32,000 nt of DNA from assembly GCA_963706795.1 (NCBI GenBank), contig OY970170.1, positions 1,050,001-1,082,000 of the forward strand, read 5' to 3'. The DNA is from Candidatus Saccharimonadota bacterium (GTDB taxonomy: Bacteria > Patescibacteriota > Gracilibacteria > BD1-5 > UBA2023). Positions 10,158-19,258 of this stretch are shown here, piece after piece. A program made the translations under genes and the position numbers. Each line of letters starts with the position of its first letter. Positions within the stretch are counted from its first letter, which is position 1. Under the pieces are notes generated by a model, which was not told the origin of the DNA, did not search any database, and saw only the letters and a list, made by a program, of their open reading frames with translations.

Positions 10158-11624
10158 TTAGAGTGAAGGCTTGGCGCTACCAGTACCAGTAGCAGGCGGA
10201 GTGGTTGTTGTAGGAGCAGGAGTGATGACAGGAGTCGAAGATTCCTTTACGACATAGACCTTGGTAGTTGCGAGTACTTCGTCGCTTGGTCCGTAGTAGG
10301 TGATGAGATACTCATTAACCCCTTCTTCCATATTCCCGTTATCAATGCTGGCATTGTAGCTCCAAGAAGTTCCAAACGCCTTAAACTGCTGAAGCTGATA
10401 ATTATTGACCTTGATGAATTTTACGATATTTGGTGCGAATGATCCCTTAAGCTTTACAGAAGTTTCTGTAGTCTTGTATGGATTGTCGAGAGGGCTCGTG
10501 ATCTTAAAGTCTTTATTTGAAACTGGATAGTTTACGACATCTGGTTTTTTAATGGGTGTAGCCTTTTTGCCAGACACATTGACAGTAATGATTCCCTGAT
10601 CAATCTTAACACCTGAGTCATCAAAGACCTTGTATGAAATATCATTTGAAGCATCTGGAAGCGCGTAATCTTTGAGTCGGAATGACTTGTCTTCTTTGAG
10701 GATCTGAGCTTCTTTTTTGCCGATGACGATCTTAGCAACGCTTGGATTATTGATCTTCCCTTCGATATTTACTGTCTGTGTATCAACACTCATTTCGTCT
10801 TCTGGATATGTAAAGGTGATAGCCTTCTTTGAGTTTGTAGTACTTGAGCTTGTTGAACCAGATGCTGAGGTAACACTGCCACCTACTGATCCTGAGCTGC
10901 TCATTTCGCCTGCGCTTCCACCTACACTCGTGAGAACTGAGGCCCCATCTTTTTTAATGAAGATGCTCGATTGTTTAATGAAGTCATCAATCACTGCAAC
11001 CTGATCGGTGATATTTGTGTTCTTTGCTTCTGAGAGAAGAAGTGAGAGCATTTGATTACTTCCTACACTTGCAGTTGCCGCGTCTGTTGAGGCTGTTGTG
11101 CTTCCTTTGAGGATGTAGGCGTTACTTGAGCGAGTATTTTGGTACGCAATAAACACGGTCCCCTTATCTGGCGTCACTGTAAAGAGCTTGAGTTTGATAA
11201 CTACGTCACCATTCGGGCTATCTACCCAAACATAGCCATTACCCACGGTGAAGGTGTGCTTGCCATTAATGAGGCCATCGTAGTGCAACTCAGAGAGACT
11301 CTCGATCGCGATCTTCGAAGTCGATCCCTCGATTTCGATATCTGCATCACCAGAGTCTACTTTGACCATCTTGTCATTTGGATAGAGTTTCGATGGACCT
11401 TTGAGCTCAGTTTGAGCGTCAGAAGACATATAGATGCTGACTTTTGCATCCTTTTTTGGTATCACCTGTACCGTAGGTGTCCCTGGAGTTTCGCTTCCAT
11501 TGGTTTTGCTCGATGATGAGCTTCCCATGATGGCCTTAACGATGATTACGAGGATAATGATCGCAATACATACTGGAAGTACGAGAGTCATCGCATTCGT
11601 GCGATTATTTCCGCCTCGTCGCAT
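10158..11624 (-). CDS. Membrane-anchored extracytoplasmic protein (488 aa), possibly FecR-like plus Ig-like beta domains, with Ser/Thr-rich linkers
   Basis: The ORF is uninterrupted. The likely start is MRRGGNNRTNAMTLVLPVCIAIIILVIIV at 11624, because the ORF-track start at 11678 lies inside the upstream terminator. There is one N-terminal TM helix, S/T-rich linkers and a C-terminal TPVITPAPTTTTPPATGTGS. The FecR-like call is a weak motif impression only. Confidence 0.6.
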   Translation of the reverse strand: MRRGGNNRTNAMTLVLPVCIAIIILVIIVKAIMGSSSSSKTNGSETPGTPTVQVIPKKDAKVSIYMSSDAQTELKGPSKLYPNDKMVKVDSGDADIEIEGSTSKIAIESLSELHYDGLINGKHTFTVGNGYVWVDSPNGDVVIKLKLFTVTPDKGTVFIAYQNTRSSNAYILKGSTTASTDAATASVGSNQMLSLLLSEAKNTNITDQVAVIDDFIKQSSIFIKKDGASVLTSVGGSAGEMSSSGSVGGSVTSASGSTSSSTTNSKKAITFTYPEDEMSVDTQTVNIEGKINNPSVAKIVIGKKEAQILKEDKSFRLKDYALPDASNDISYKVFDDSGVKIDQGIITVNVSGKKATPIKKPDVVNYPVSNKDFKITSPLDNPYKTTETSVKLKGSFAPNIVKFIKVNNYQLQQFKAFGTSWSYNASIDNGNMEEGVNEYLITYYGPSDEVLATTKVYVVKESSTPVITPAPTTTTPPATGTGSAKPSL

Positions 11625-11658
11625 AGTTGAATAGAAAAAGATATGGGTGAAATATATC

Positions 11659-11692
11659 AAAAAACTCCCCGAGGGCAAGCGGAGAGTTTTTT
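11659..11692 (-). terminator. Rho-independent terminator for the upstream minus-strand gene
   Basis: The minus strand reads AAAAAACTCTCCG-cttgccct-CGGGGAGTTTTTT, a stem with one G-U pair followed by a T-run. It lies 17 nt downstream of stop 11709-11711. Confidence 0.7.
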
Positions 11693-11708
11693 GTTTTTAT
11701 TTATTGGC

Positions 11709-12248
11709 TTATAGGTCCTTTGGAATAATAGCGTCAACTGCAGCATAGGTTGCATCCTTTCACATTGGGATACGCACTGAGACAGTATCTCCGATCTCTG
11801 CCTTGAGGAATGTTACACTCGCCATGAGGACATTGTAGGTCTTGTTTTCTGAGACTACCTGATATTTATCACGGTTCATAGTCAGAAGCCCGATAACAGT
11901 ATCATAAGGAATTTCCTCAATGATCTTGTAGGTAATCTTACCGTCAGATCCGATGATTGCCTTGAGCTTGCTTCCTTGCACGAGGTGCGATTTGGAAGCG
12001 TAATTCTGTGGCACCGGATAGATGGCTCCATCAGAACCAAGCATGGATTCTCCTGTGAATACTCACTCAACAATCTTGTCCGAACCACTTTTGTAGTTCG
12101 TAAGGCCGCTGGCGTTGATGTATTCTAATGCTTCTGTTTCTCCGTCTTCTCAGGCAAGAGTCGCGAGGATCTTTCTTGCTGCTGAGACTGATTTGCCTGC
12201 ACTCTCCAACAAGTCGCGAATAGCCGCAAGCTTTTTTTGGTCGGTCAT
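11709..12248 (-). CDS. Conserved hypothetical protein (179 aa)
   Basis: Hand translation from ATG 12248 gives MTDQKKLAAIRDLLESAGKSVSAARKILATLA[G]EDGETEALEYINASGLTNYKSGSDKIVE[G]VFTGESMLGSDGAIYPVPQNYASKSHLV...VRIPM[G]KDATYAAVDAIIPKDL, ending at TAA. It has three in-frame TGA, and track fragment 11760-12044 is its core. A TATAAT hexamer (plus coordinates 12274-12279) lies 26 nt upstream. Confidence 0.7.
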
Positions 12249-12335
12249 GATATTTGTATGAATGAACCTTCTTATTATAGCGATAACCGCTACACAGCAA
12301 TGAAAGCTGAATTGACAAAATCTCTTTTAAACGCC

Positions 12336-13172
12336 TAATAATCAAAAGTACCAACGAAGAATCTCCGTATGAAAAAAGAGTGCGAGATAGAGTCCCACTG
12401 CCAAATACGGACCGAAAGGAACTTCGATATTGCGTCGACGCTTAATCGCAATAATTCCGACACCCACTACGCTTCCCACTATATAGGCAAGGAAGAGTCC
12501 AAGAATGGCGATTTTTGCGCCTGCCACGAGTCCCATAAATATCGCGATTCGTAGATCGCCTCCGCCCATCCAGACTCCGTTAGAGACCAAAATCTGGAAA
12601 TAAAAAAATCCAAAAATAATTACCGCACCAAGTAACGCATTTGTCAGTGGCGATGTCAGCCACGGTGTTACAAATGGCAAATAGTGACTCATAATATTTG
12701 CCTGCGAAAAATGATCTACCGAGATCACCACGAATAATATGGCAAGGAAGGGGAGAATCACTCTATCAGGGATCTCCATATACAGCAGATCGTACACACT
12801 AAATGTTACTGCCACGAATCCTGCACTGAGGAGTATTGCGAGTCGGATTGTTTCAAGTCCACTTCAGGCAACTATTGCTGGCATATCTATGAGATACATT
12901 CCCGTGAGCACAAAGACGACGGTCATCAGACATTCGAGCAAAAAGTGGTATGCTGGAATTTTTGCTCCGCAATATCGGCATTTCGCGCGCAGTCCGAGAT
13001 AGGACACAATTGGCATGAGATCGAGCACGCCGAGTGTGTGATTGCATTTTGGGCAGGCACTTCGCTCATGTGACATATTGCGTCCTTCTCTCAGGCGTGG
13101 AATGAGCGCAGACGCGAAGCTTCCAAATATTGCTCCAAAGATTGCGAGTGCGAAATAGGCGAGATTTACCAT
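12336..13172 (-). CDS. pilD: Prepilin peptidase / N-methyltransferase (A24 family)
   Basis: Fragments 12864-13172 and 12342-12815 are in frame and joined by TGA 12864-12866. The N-terminus has a Cys pair motif (CPKCNH...CRYCGAKI). Conserved Asp motifs MEIPD and MGGGDLRIAIFMG are present. TGA 12342-12344 is read through to TAG 12336-12338 (...RWYF[G]L). Confidence 0.9.
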
Positions 13173-13747
13173 GATGATCGAGATTGGAATATGCGGAGGT
13201 TATGTTCGTGGATGAGCTCAATATGTTTTTCGTTTATTCAGCGTATATTCATGAGCTGTTTGAGCGAATTTGAATGCGCGAGATGGACGAGTTTTTCGAG
13301 TGTAGGATCGGATTTTCAAGGATCTTGTATTCCAAAAAAGTGACCAATGCGCAAGCAGAAGAGACTCGCGAGTTGCAAAAATGGAATATCCGGATTTTCT
13401 GCTGCTTCTAAAAAATAGAGCGTCTCAGCAAAGAGTTCACTCTCTTCGAGTCATTCTGGTAGAGACTCAGCCAGAATTTTGATCACAAAAAGAAATCGGA
13501 TCATTTCGTCATAATTGCGTCATTCTTTATGGAATGCTCGCTTGCTGCGCACACTTCGGAGTCGATTGATTGTTCATTTGCGATCAATGGTGCACTCGAC
13601 AAAGGTACCAAGGTCAATATATCCCGCCGATGGAACCTCCTTACGAAAGGCGGTGATCTTGCCAAATTGCTTTGTAAAGAGCGTATAAATACGCTCTTTA
13701 TCTTTGACCTCGCTCCATTTGAGTAATACCGCGTCGGTGACGTACAT
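13166..13747 (-). CDS. recO: RecO-like recombination mediator (193 aa, short form)
   Basis: This gene is absent from the standard-code track because it has five in-frame TGA. Hand translation gives MYVTDAVLLKWSEVKDKERIYTLFTKQFGKITAFRKEVPSAGYIDLGTFVECTIDRK[G]TINRLRSV...LASLFCLRIGHFFGIQDP..., which resembles the RecO N-terminal OB-fold pattern. The start is 2 nt after the upstream stop. The stop overlaps the pilD start (ATGGTAA, 7-nt overlap). Confidence 0.55.
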
Positions 13748-13749
13748 GA

Positions 13750-15684
13750 CTAGTGAATATTGATCTTGCCGTCTGAGATTTCAAATTTAATCGAAGAGAC
13801 TCCTGTGTCTGTGAGTGCGAGGATTTCTCCATCCTTTGGTATAACCACAGAGTAGACTTTTCGCTCAGAAATCTCGATCTGTCCTACATACTTAAGACCA
13901 CGAACGTCCTTAATATTTTTTGAATCCGGCTCAAATATCCAGATCTTATTTGCGAGGATGAGATAGAGGTAATTTGCGCTTGAGCTCGTAGTAATTTTTG
14001 GCGCTATTACCCCATCGCTTGCGCTGTAATTATCAGGAAGCTTATTGAGTACGAGCCCCTTGCGTGAGAAGGCTGGAGTTGTAAAAATCTTCTCAAAACT
14101 GAGATCATTCTTGATGATATAAAATCCACCATCGAGCGCGAAATCGAGCATGGTATTGCCCTTCATCCCTCATTCGATCATGCCGGATTTGCCAGTAAAG
14201 CCGTTTACACTTGGACGATGCTTGTAAACCTGGGTTCCATCTGCTGAGAGGAGATAGATATTGCCGATGAAGGTTCTGATCTTGGAGCTTGGCTCCCACG
14301 TACTCTGTCCTTCGACATTTACGTATGAGAAGGTACCCTTATTATATTTAATAACGCGATTGGTCTTTGTGAGGATATAGATCACGCCTTCTTGACTGAT
14401 ATCCGCACTGATCGCTTCTTCGCCGTCAGGGAATGATTCTTTTTTTGGATTTGAACCCTGTACATATGGACCGTAGAGTCCATTTTTACCTACAAAATAG
14501 AGCTTTTTTGAGTTTTCGAAGAGTTCGATTGGCTCAAAATCTCAGGCTCCAAAATTATAGAGTTCAGGATGGCTTGTGAGTGTATAGGTCTCGATTCCAT
14601 TCAGCTGTTTCTTGAGGATAGAGATCTGTGAGAGGAGCTCTTTAACATCATTTGCGAAGAGCTTTTGATCACGTACTTCAAATATGAGATCCTCCGCTTT
14701 TTTGATATTTTGCTTGAATGCTTCTTTGTTTGCAAGATCACGAGAAGAGCGATTGAGGATCTGGCCAGCTTCTACGAGCTTATTTTTGTATTCCTCAGGT
14801 ACAATTCATCCCATGCCAGAGTGAAATACTGAGCTCGTAATGAGATAGAGTAATCCAATCGCTACAACAATACCTGTGGCAAAAATACCAGTGCGGATTT
14901 TTTTGTTCGCAAGGGCTTTTTGTACGGATTCGTGGGCGAGGATTTTTCTGACGCGTCATTCGATATTGAGATCGAGGACAAATTTCTTGGTCCAGGCGTA
15001 TGCCTTTTCGCTACTCTCGAGTACAGTTGATACAAAACTCTCTGGACGGACAAAACGCGAAGACCGAGCATCAGAGTAGTCGCGCTCAAGCGAGTTCTGA
15101 AAAACGAGACACTCGATCGAATCACCTGCGGCTTCTCGTGATAAGAGATCTTCTACAATTGCAGAATCATTCGTGCGAGCAAATTCTGCGAGATCCTCTT
15201 TTGTGAGGAAGCTGAGGAGGTCTTTGTTGGCAATATAGAGTGCATCTCCGAGGCCAACTGTTCCACTCGAGACATATGAGAATTCTCGATTATTTGATCC
15301 CATCCCGTCTGAGATATTGGTGATGCGCTCTCCTTGCTGGAGATATGCTTGGTATTCACCACAAACCGAAAATGACAGGAGATCATTGCGGAGGATCGAC
15401 AAAAATACCTTGAGCTTGGATTTTGCAATGAGCGATTCTTTCATTAAAAGGAATCGATTGAGTGCCTCAAGTACTCGTGAAAAAAACACTTCGTCGGATT
15501 CGGTGGCAGATTTGCCATTACCGCAAAGGTCTACGAGTGCGCTTTCGAGAAGCGAAACAACGGACGAGCTTTCAGAGCTGACCTGAAAATAGATCTCTGC
15601 GCTCGCATCAATACGAATTTTTTTCGTAGAAACGGAGTTAGCGAGATGTGTTCCGCTGTGGCGATAAATGTGAGAAACAATCAT
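13750..15684 (-). CDS. Single-pass membrane protein (644 aa): cytoplasmic N-terminal domain (possibly a degenerate PP2C/SpoIIE-like fold), TM helix, extracytoplasmic beta-rich (propeller-like) domain
   Basis: Fragments 14956-15684, 14170-14385 and 13750-14166 share one frame. I translated 14386-14955 codon by codon and found TGA at 14956, 14806, 14542 and 14170 and no TAA/TAG. The TM helix is IFATGIVVAIGLLYLITSSVF. The C-terminal half has repeated hydrophobic beta-strand motifs (VIYILTKTNRVIKY, NIYLLSADGTQVYKH, NYLYLILANKIWIFEP). The functional label is tentative. Confidence 0.65.
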
Positions 15685-15696
15685 AGTTGTGCGAGA

Positions 15697-15727
15697 GAAA
15701 AGCCCAGAACGCGGTCCGGGCTTTTTT
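15697..15727 (-). terminator. Rho-independent terminator
   Basis: The minus strand reads AAAAAAGCCCGGA-ccgcgt-TCTGGGCTTTTCTCT, 12 nt downstream of stop 15739-15741. Confidence 0.65.
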
Positions 15728-15738
15728 GGATGAAAACA

Positions 15739-16116
15739 CTAAATATTGTCGAGCATGCCCAAGATGTTGTCTGCATCAGTATCTTTTTTGTCAGATGCTT
15801 CTGCCTGCGCTACCTTTGTACGTGCGTCGCGTGACTGGAATTCTTGCCACTCGATGAGATGTTTTTCATTGAGTGTGCGAATTTCTTCTTGGTACTTGAC
15901 CTCGAGTTCTTCGAGTTTTTTTCTTTCGGTTTCGAGAATGTCGAAGAGGCGATCAACTTGATCGTCTGTCATCGAAGGGAGAATATCGAACCAGTACTGC
16001 TTTTCGTTGTTGTCCATGCTCTCCGTTGCGAGCACAAGCTTCACGAGCTCAGGATACTGCTGCTCTATCTCATCAAGAATGGTGAATACAAATCCGTCTT
16101 TTGTAACCTGAGCCAT
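15739..16116 (-). CDS. Small acidic hypothetical protein (125 aa) with a predicted coiled-coil C-terminal half
   Basis: The ORF is uninterrupted with a true TAG stop: MAQVTKDGFVFTILDEIEQQYPELVKLVLATESMDNNEKQYWFDILPSMTDDQVDRLFDILETERKKLEELEVKYQEEI... A TATAAT (plus coordinates 16144-16149) lies 27 nt upstream. Confidence 0.7.
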   Translation of the reverse strand: MAQVTKDGFVFTILDEIEQQYPELVKLVLATESMDNNEKQYWFDILPSMTDDQVDRLFDILETERKKLEELEVKYQEEIRTLNEKHLIEWQEFQSRDARTKVAQAEASDKKDTDADNILGMLDNI

Positions 16117-16193
16117 AACCCTAAATGATTGAATACTGCGGGTATTATAGGGAGTTTTTTACGAACGCAAATTTTGCCCAAGACTCAAAATAT

Positions 16194-16221
16194 TTGGCTC
16201 ATCAAAAAAGCTCGCTATACT
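16194..16221 (+). promoter_or_regulatory. Candidate sigma70-type promoter for murF (TTGGCT-N16-TATACT)
   Basis: ttggct at 16194-16199 and tatact at 16216-16221 lie in the 120-bp divergent intergenic region, 15 nt before ATG 16237. Confidence 0.35.
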
Positions 16222-16236
16222 CTGCCTCGAAAGTTT

Positions 16237-17541
16237 ATGAAATCATTCTTCCTTCTTCTCTTACAAAAGCTTGCGCAAGCGGTTATCCGTCGGCACAAAC
16301 CCTTTATTGTAGGGATCACTGGTACGGTTTGAAAATCAACGGCTTCCCATTTTCTCTTCGATGCTCTCGAAGTTCTCTATGGAAAAGATCAGGTTTTCAT
16401 GTCGCTCCATAATTACAATGGTGAGTACGGGGTTCCGTTCACCATCCTCCAAACCGCATCTCCTCACTCGAATCCTTTCCAGTGGGCATGGGTTTTTGTA
16501 AAGGGAACTATTTTGCTCTTTAGCAAGCGTTATCCAAAATACCTCGTACTCGAGTATGGTATCGACCATCCAGGTGAGATGGATATGCTTCTCGATATTG
16601 CAGAGCCAGATGTGGGTGTGATGCTTGCCATCTCGCGTAATCATATTGCCAATTTCTCGAGCTATGACGAATATGTAGCCGAAAAACTCAAGATGGTTCA
16701 CCGCTGCAAGGCGTTCATCTATAATGGTGATGATGTCAAAATCCGTCGTGCGATCCTCGATAAGCCACGCGATTATACGTATTCATTTGGACGTAAATCG
16801 GTAGAACCAGTAGATTTCCGTGCTACGGAAATCGTCTCTACGCTCGAAGGGCTCTCATTTGAAGTCGAATCCGGTGACACAAAGGTTCCAGTAAAGGTTC
16901 CAGTTGTTGGTGGTCATCAAGTCTATAATATTCTCCCAGTATTTGTCCTTGCAAATGTACTTGGGAAGGATGTACATGAAGTAACTGGGATTTTTGAACA
17001 TCTCCATCCACAGAAGGGGCGAGGTTCGATTCTTCATGGAGTCAATGAGACAACCATTCTCGATGGTAGCTACAATGGAAGTCACGAAGCGATCGAAGCT
17101 GGTATCGAATACCTCAGCGAGCTCGACTCTGAGCTTATCAAGGCACTCTTCCTCTGAGATATGCGTGAACTTGGTTCTTCATCTAAAGAAATGCACGAGG
17201 ACCTCATCCCAAAGATCGAAGAACTCAATCCAATATTCGTCGTACTGGTCGGTGAAGAAATGCGCAAGTATGTCGTTGGACCGCTGACCGAAAAATTTGG
17301 CGAGACGCGAGTGTTCCACTTTGCAAACTCGCGCATTGCTGGACAAAAGATTCGCGAGCTTCTCTATGAGATCGAAGGCCAAAAAGCCATCTTTGTAAAG
17401 GGAAGCCAGAATACCATCTTCCTCGAAGAAGGGATCAAAGAATTTCTCTTTGATATGCGAGATATCGAAAATCTCTGCCGACAATCGCCTCGCTGGCTCA
17501 AGAAAAAAGGAGAGTACTTTGATCTGATCGCACCTTCGTAA
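16237..17541 (+). CDS. murF: UDP-N-acetylmuramoyl-tripeptide--D-alanyl-D-alanine ligase
   Basis: Fragments 16129-16332, 16399-17157 and 17161-17541 share one frame. TGA 16330 is the P-loop Gly (IVGITGTV[G]KST) and TGA 17155 is the Gly of L[G]DMRELG. Other MurF motifs are NYNGEYGVPFTIL and DGSYNGSHEAIEAGIEYL. Start MKSFFLLLLQKLAQAVIRRHKPFIVGITG (16237) is preferred over 16129, which would leave only 12 bp to the divergent gene. Confidence 0.9.
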
Positions 17542-17597
17542 TCGTAAGTTGCCTTTGCCTTTTTGTCAGAACCATTTAGAATCCCCTAAATCAAATT

Positions 17598-17849
17598 ATG
17601 ATCTGGTTCTGGACACTCTTCGCGCTCTATACTACATGACTTATGTTCGTGTGGGGATTCTTCTTGATTGCACGAATCCACGTATATAAATTTAAGCAGT
17701 ATTCGTCACACATCGTGCCGGCAACTAAGATTGTCTTTGTTGTGCTCTCAGTGCTCACAGTTGTTGGATACTATGTTGTGCTCTCTGAAATGCGCGCAAC
17801 GACTACTACCAAAACCGTTCAAAGCTCCCTTGTAAAAGAAACTTACTAA
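17598..17849 (+). CDS. Small two-helix membrane protein (83 aa)
   Basis: [13 protein letters not shown][G][51 protein letters not shown]... Track ORF 17643-17849 extends upstream through TGA 17637 to ATG 17598. Confidence 0.55.
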
Positions 17850-17857
17850 AAAATCCC

Positions 17858-18946
17858 ATGAAAGTTGGAATTGTTGGTCTCCCAAATGTCGGGAAATCTA
17901 CCTTATTTAATGCCCTCACCAAGTCGTATGCGGCTGAAGCGGCAAATTTTCCATTTTGTACTATCGAGCCCAATGTTGGGATTGTTAATGTGCACGATGA
18001 TCGCCTCGAAATCCTGCGCTCGACTATTAACGGAGCCAAGACAGTTCCTGCAAATGTTGAGTTTGTGGATATCGCCGGTCTCGTTGAATGAGCGTCTAAG
18101 GGTGAAGGACTTGGAAATAAATTCCTCTCACATATTCGTCAGGTAGATGCGATCTTGCAGGTGGTTCGTGGGTTTTCGGACTCAAATGTCCACCATGTTT
18201 CCGGATCGGTTAATGCAAAGCGCGATATCGAAATCATCAATACCGAGCTCATTATCGCCGACCTCGAAACCCTCGACCGCCGAATTGGAGACAACGAAAA
18301 AAAGATCCGTGCTGGCGACAAAGAAGCTAAAGCCAAACAAGATATCTACGCTCGACTCAAGCCACATCTCGAAGCCGGCAATCTCGCCTGTCTTCTCGAA
18401 AAAACCGATGAGGAAGCGATTCTCCTCAGAGATCTTTTTCTTCTTACAAATAAGCCATTTGTCTACGCAGTAAATGTAGATGAGTCGAGCGTTAATGAGT
18501 CAGAAGCAAAGCTCCGAGAAATCACAGGAATCCAGGATATATCTATTCCTGTGCTTCCAATCAGTGCCAAGATGGAGCTCGATATGATGGAATTCTCTCC
18601 CGAAGACCGCACTGAATACATGAAAGATCTCGGAATTCTCGAGAATCCTACAGATATCCTCATCAAGAAGTGTTACGACCTCCTTGGTCTCCAGTACTAC
18701 TTCACTGCAGGTGAAATCGAAGTCCGAGCCTGGACAGTCCGCAAGGGCGCAAAAGCTCCGGAAGCTGCTGGAGTTATCCACACTGACTTCGAAAAGAAAT
18801 TTATTAAGGCTGATGTCGTCAACTGGAATGATCTCGTCCAGTCAGGAGGTTGGTCTAAGGCCCGAGAGAATGGGCATGTGAGGATGGAAGGGAAGGAATA
18901 TGTTGTACAGGATGGCGACGTAATGCTCTTCAAATTCGGAGCATAG
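17858..18946 (+). CDS. ychF: Ribosome-binding ATPase YchF (Obg-family GTPase-like)
   Basis: The N-terminus is [21 protein letters not shown]. Fragments 17858-18091 and 18155-18946 are in frame. TGA 18089-18091 falls on the Gly of FVDIAGLVE[G][16 protein letters not shown]. The C-terminal TGS-like end is [17 protein letters not shown]. Confidence 0.95.
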
Positions 18947-18947
18947 G

Positions 18948-19070
18948 GAAGATTGCATATAGCTTTGATCTTTGCATTCAGTTCTGCGCTTCCTCGCTCG
19001 GAGTAGCTACCGCTACACCTTGCTCCGGTGCTCGAACTTCATACAAATATCTTTGCTCTCTGCAATCTTT
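18948..19070 (+). other. 123-nt long imperfect inverted repeat (extended hairpin) immediately after the ychF stop; candidate structured RNA or MITE-like element
   Basis: The left arm gaagattgcatatagctttgatctttgcattcagttc... pairs with the right arm ...gaacttcatacaaatatctttgctctctgcaatcttt. The basal 9 bp (aagattgca/tgcaatctt) are perfect and the middle carries internal loops. The apex is gtagc-tacc-gctac at 19003-19016. Confidence 0.5.
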
Positions 19071-19187
19071 GGGAATTCTGTCTGAGAAGTTTTTGGGATC
19101 ATACTTACGATGTCTTTCCGTCATTGCGAGGCACGAAGCAATCCAAGCTAGATAAATTCATAGAATTCATTTACTGAATACATAATT

Positions 19188-19210
19188 TGGGGTCGATAGC
19201 CCCATTTTTT
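19188..19210 (+). terminator. Rho-independent terminator
   Basis: tgggg-tcgatag-cccca is followed by tttttt, about 240 nt downstream of the ychF stop. Confidence 0.65.
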
Positions 19211-19237
19211 GCGCCTACAAAATTATTGTGATAGCAT
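19209..19237 (+). promoter_or_regulatory. Candidate promoter for the M23 peptidase gene (TTGCGC-N17-TAGCAT)
   Basis: The hexamers lie at 19209-19214 and 19232-19237, 21 nt upstream of ATG 19259. The match is weak. Confidence 0.25.
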
Positions 19238-19258
19238 TCATGTAACTTTTGTATTTGC

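Noticed and set aside
16129-16236. Longer murF start at 16129 (MNTAGIIGSF...).
   Set aside because: It would leave 12 bp to the divergently transcribed gene and adds a non-homologous basic leader. ATG 16237 gives the usual MK...LAQAVIRRHKPFIVGITG Mur-ligase N-terminus and is preceded by a plausible promoter.
19110-19151. Tiny ORF MSFRHCEARSNPS (atgtctttccgtcattgcgaggcacgaagcaatccaagctag).
   Set aside because: At 13 codons it coincides with a small palindromic hairpin (ATTGC-N10-GCAAT). It is more likely an RNA or DNA structural element than a peptide gene.
18947-19258. I checked the 313-bp intergenic region for tRNA, SRP RNA, RNase P RNA and tmRNA.
   Set aside because: It has no cloverleaf or GTTCGAATC-type T-arm. 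There is no SRP GGAA-tetraloop/AGCAG motif and no RNase P GAGGAAAGTCC box (only a weak gacggaaagac on the minus strand). The region is too short for RNase P or tmRNA. It is kept only as an unclassified hairpin.
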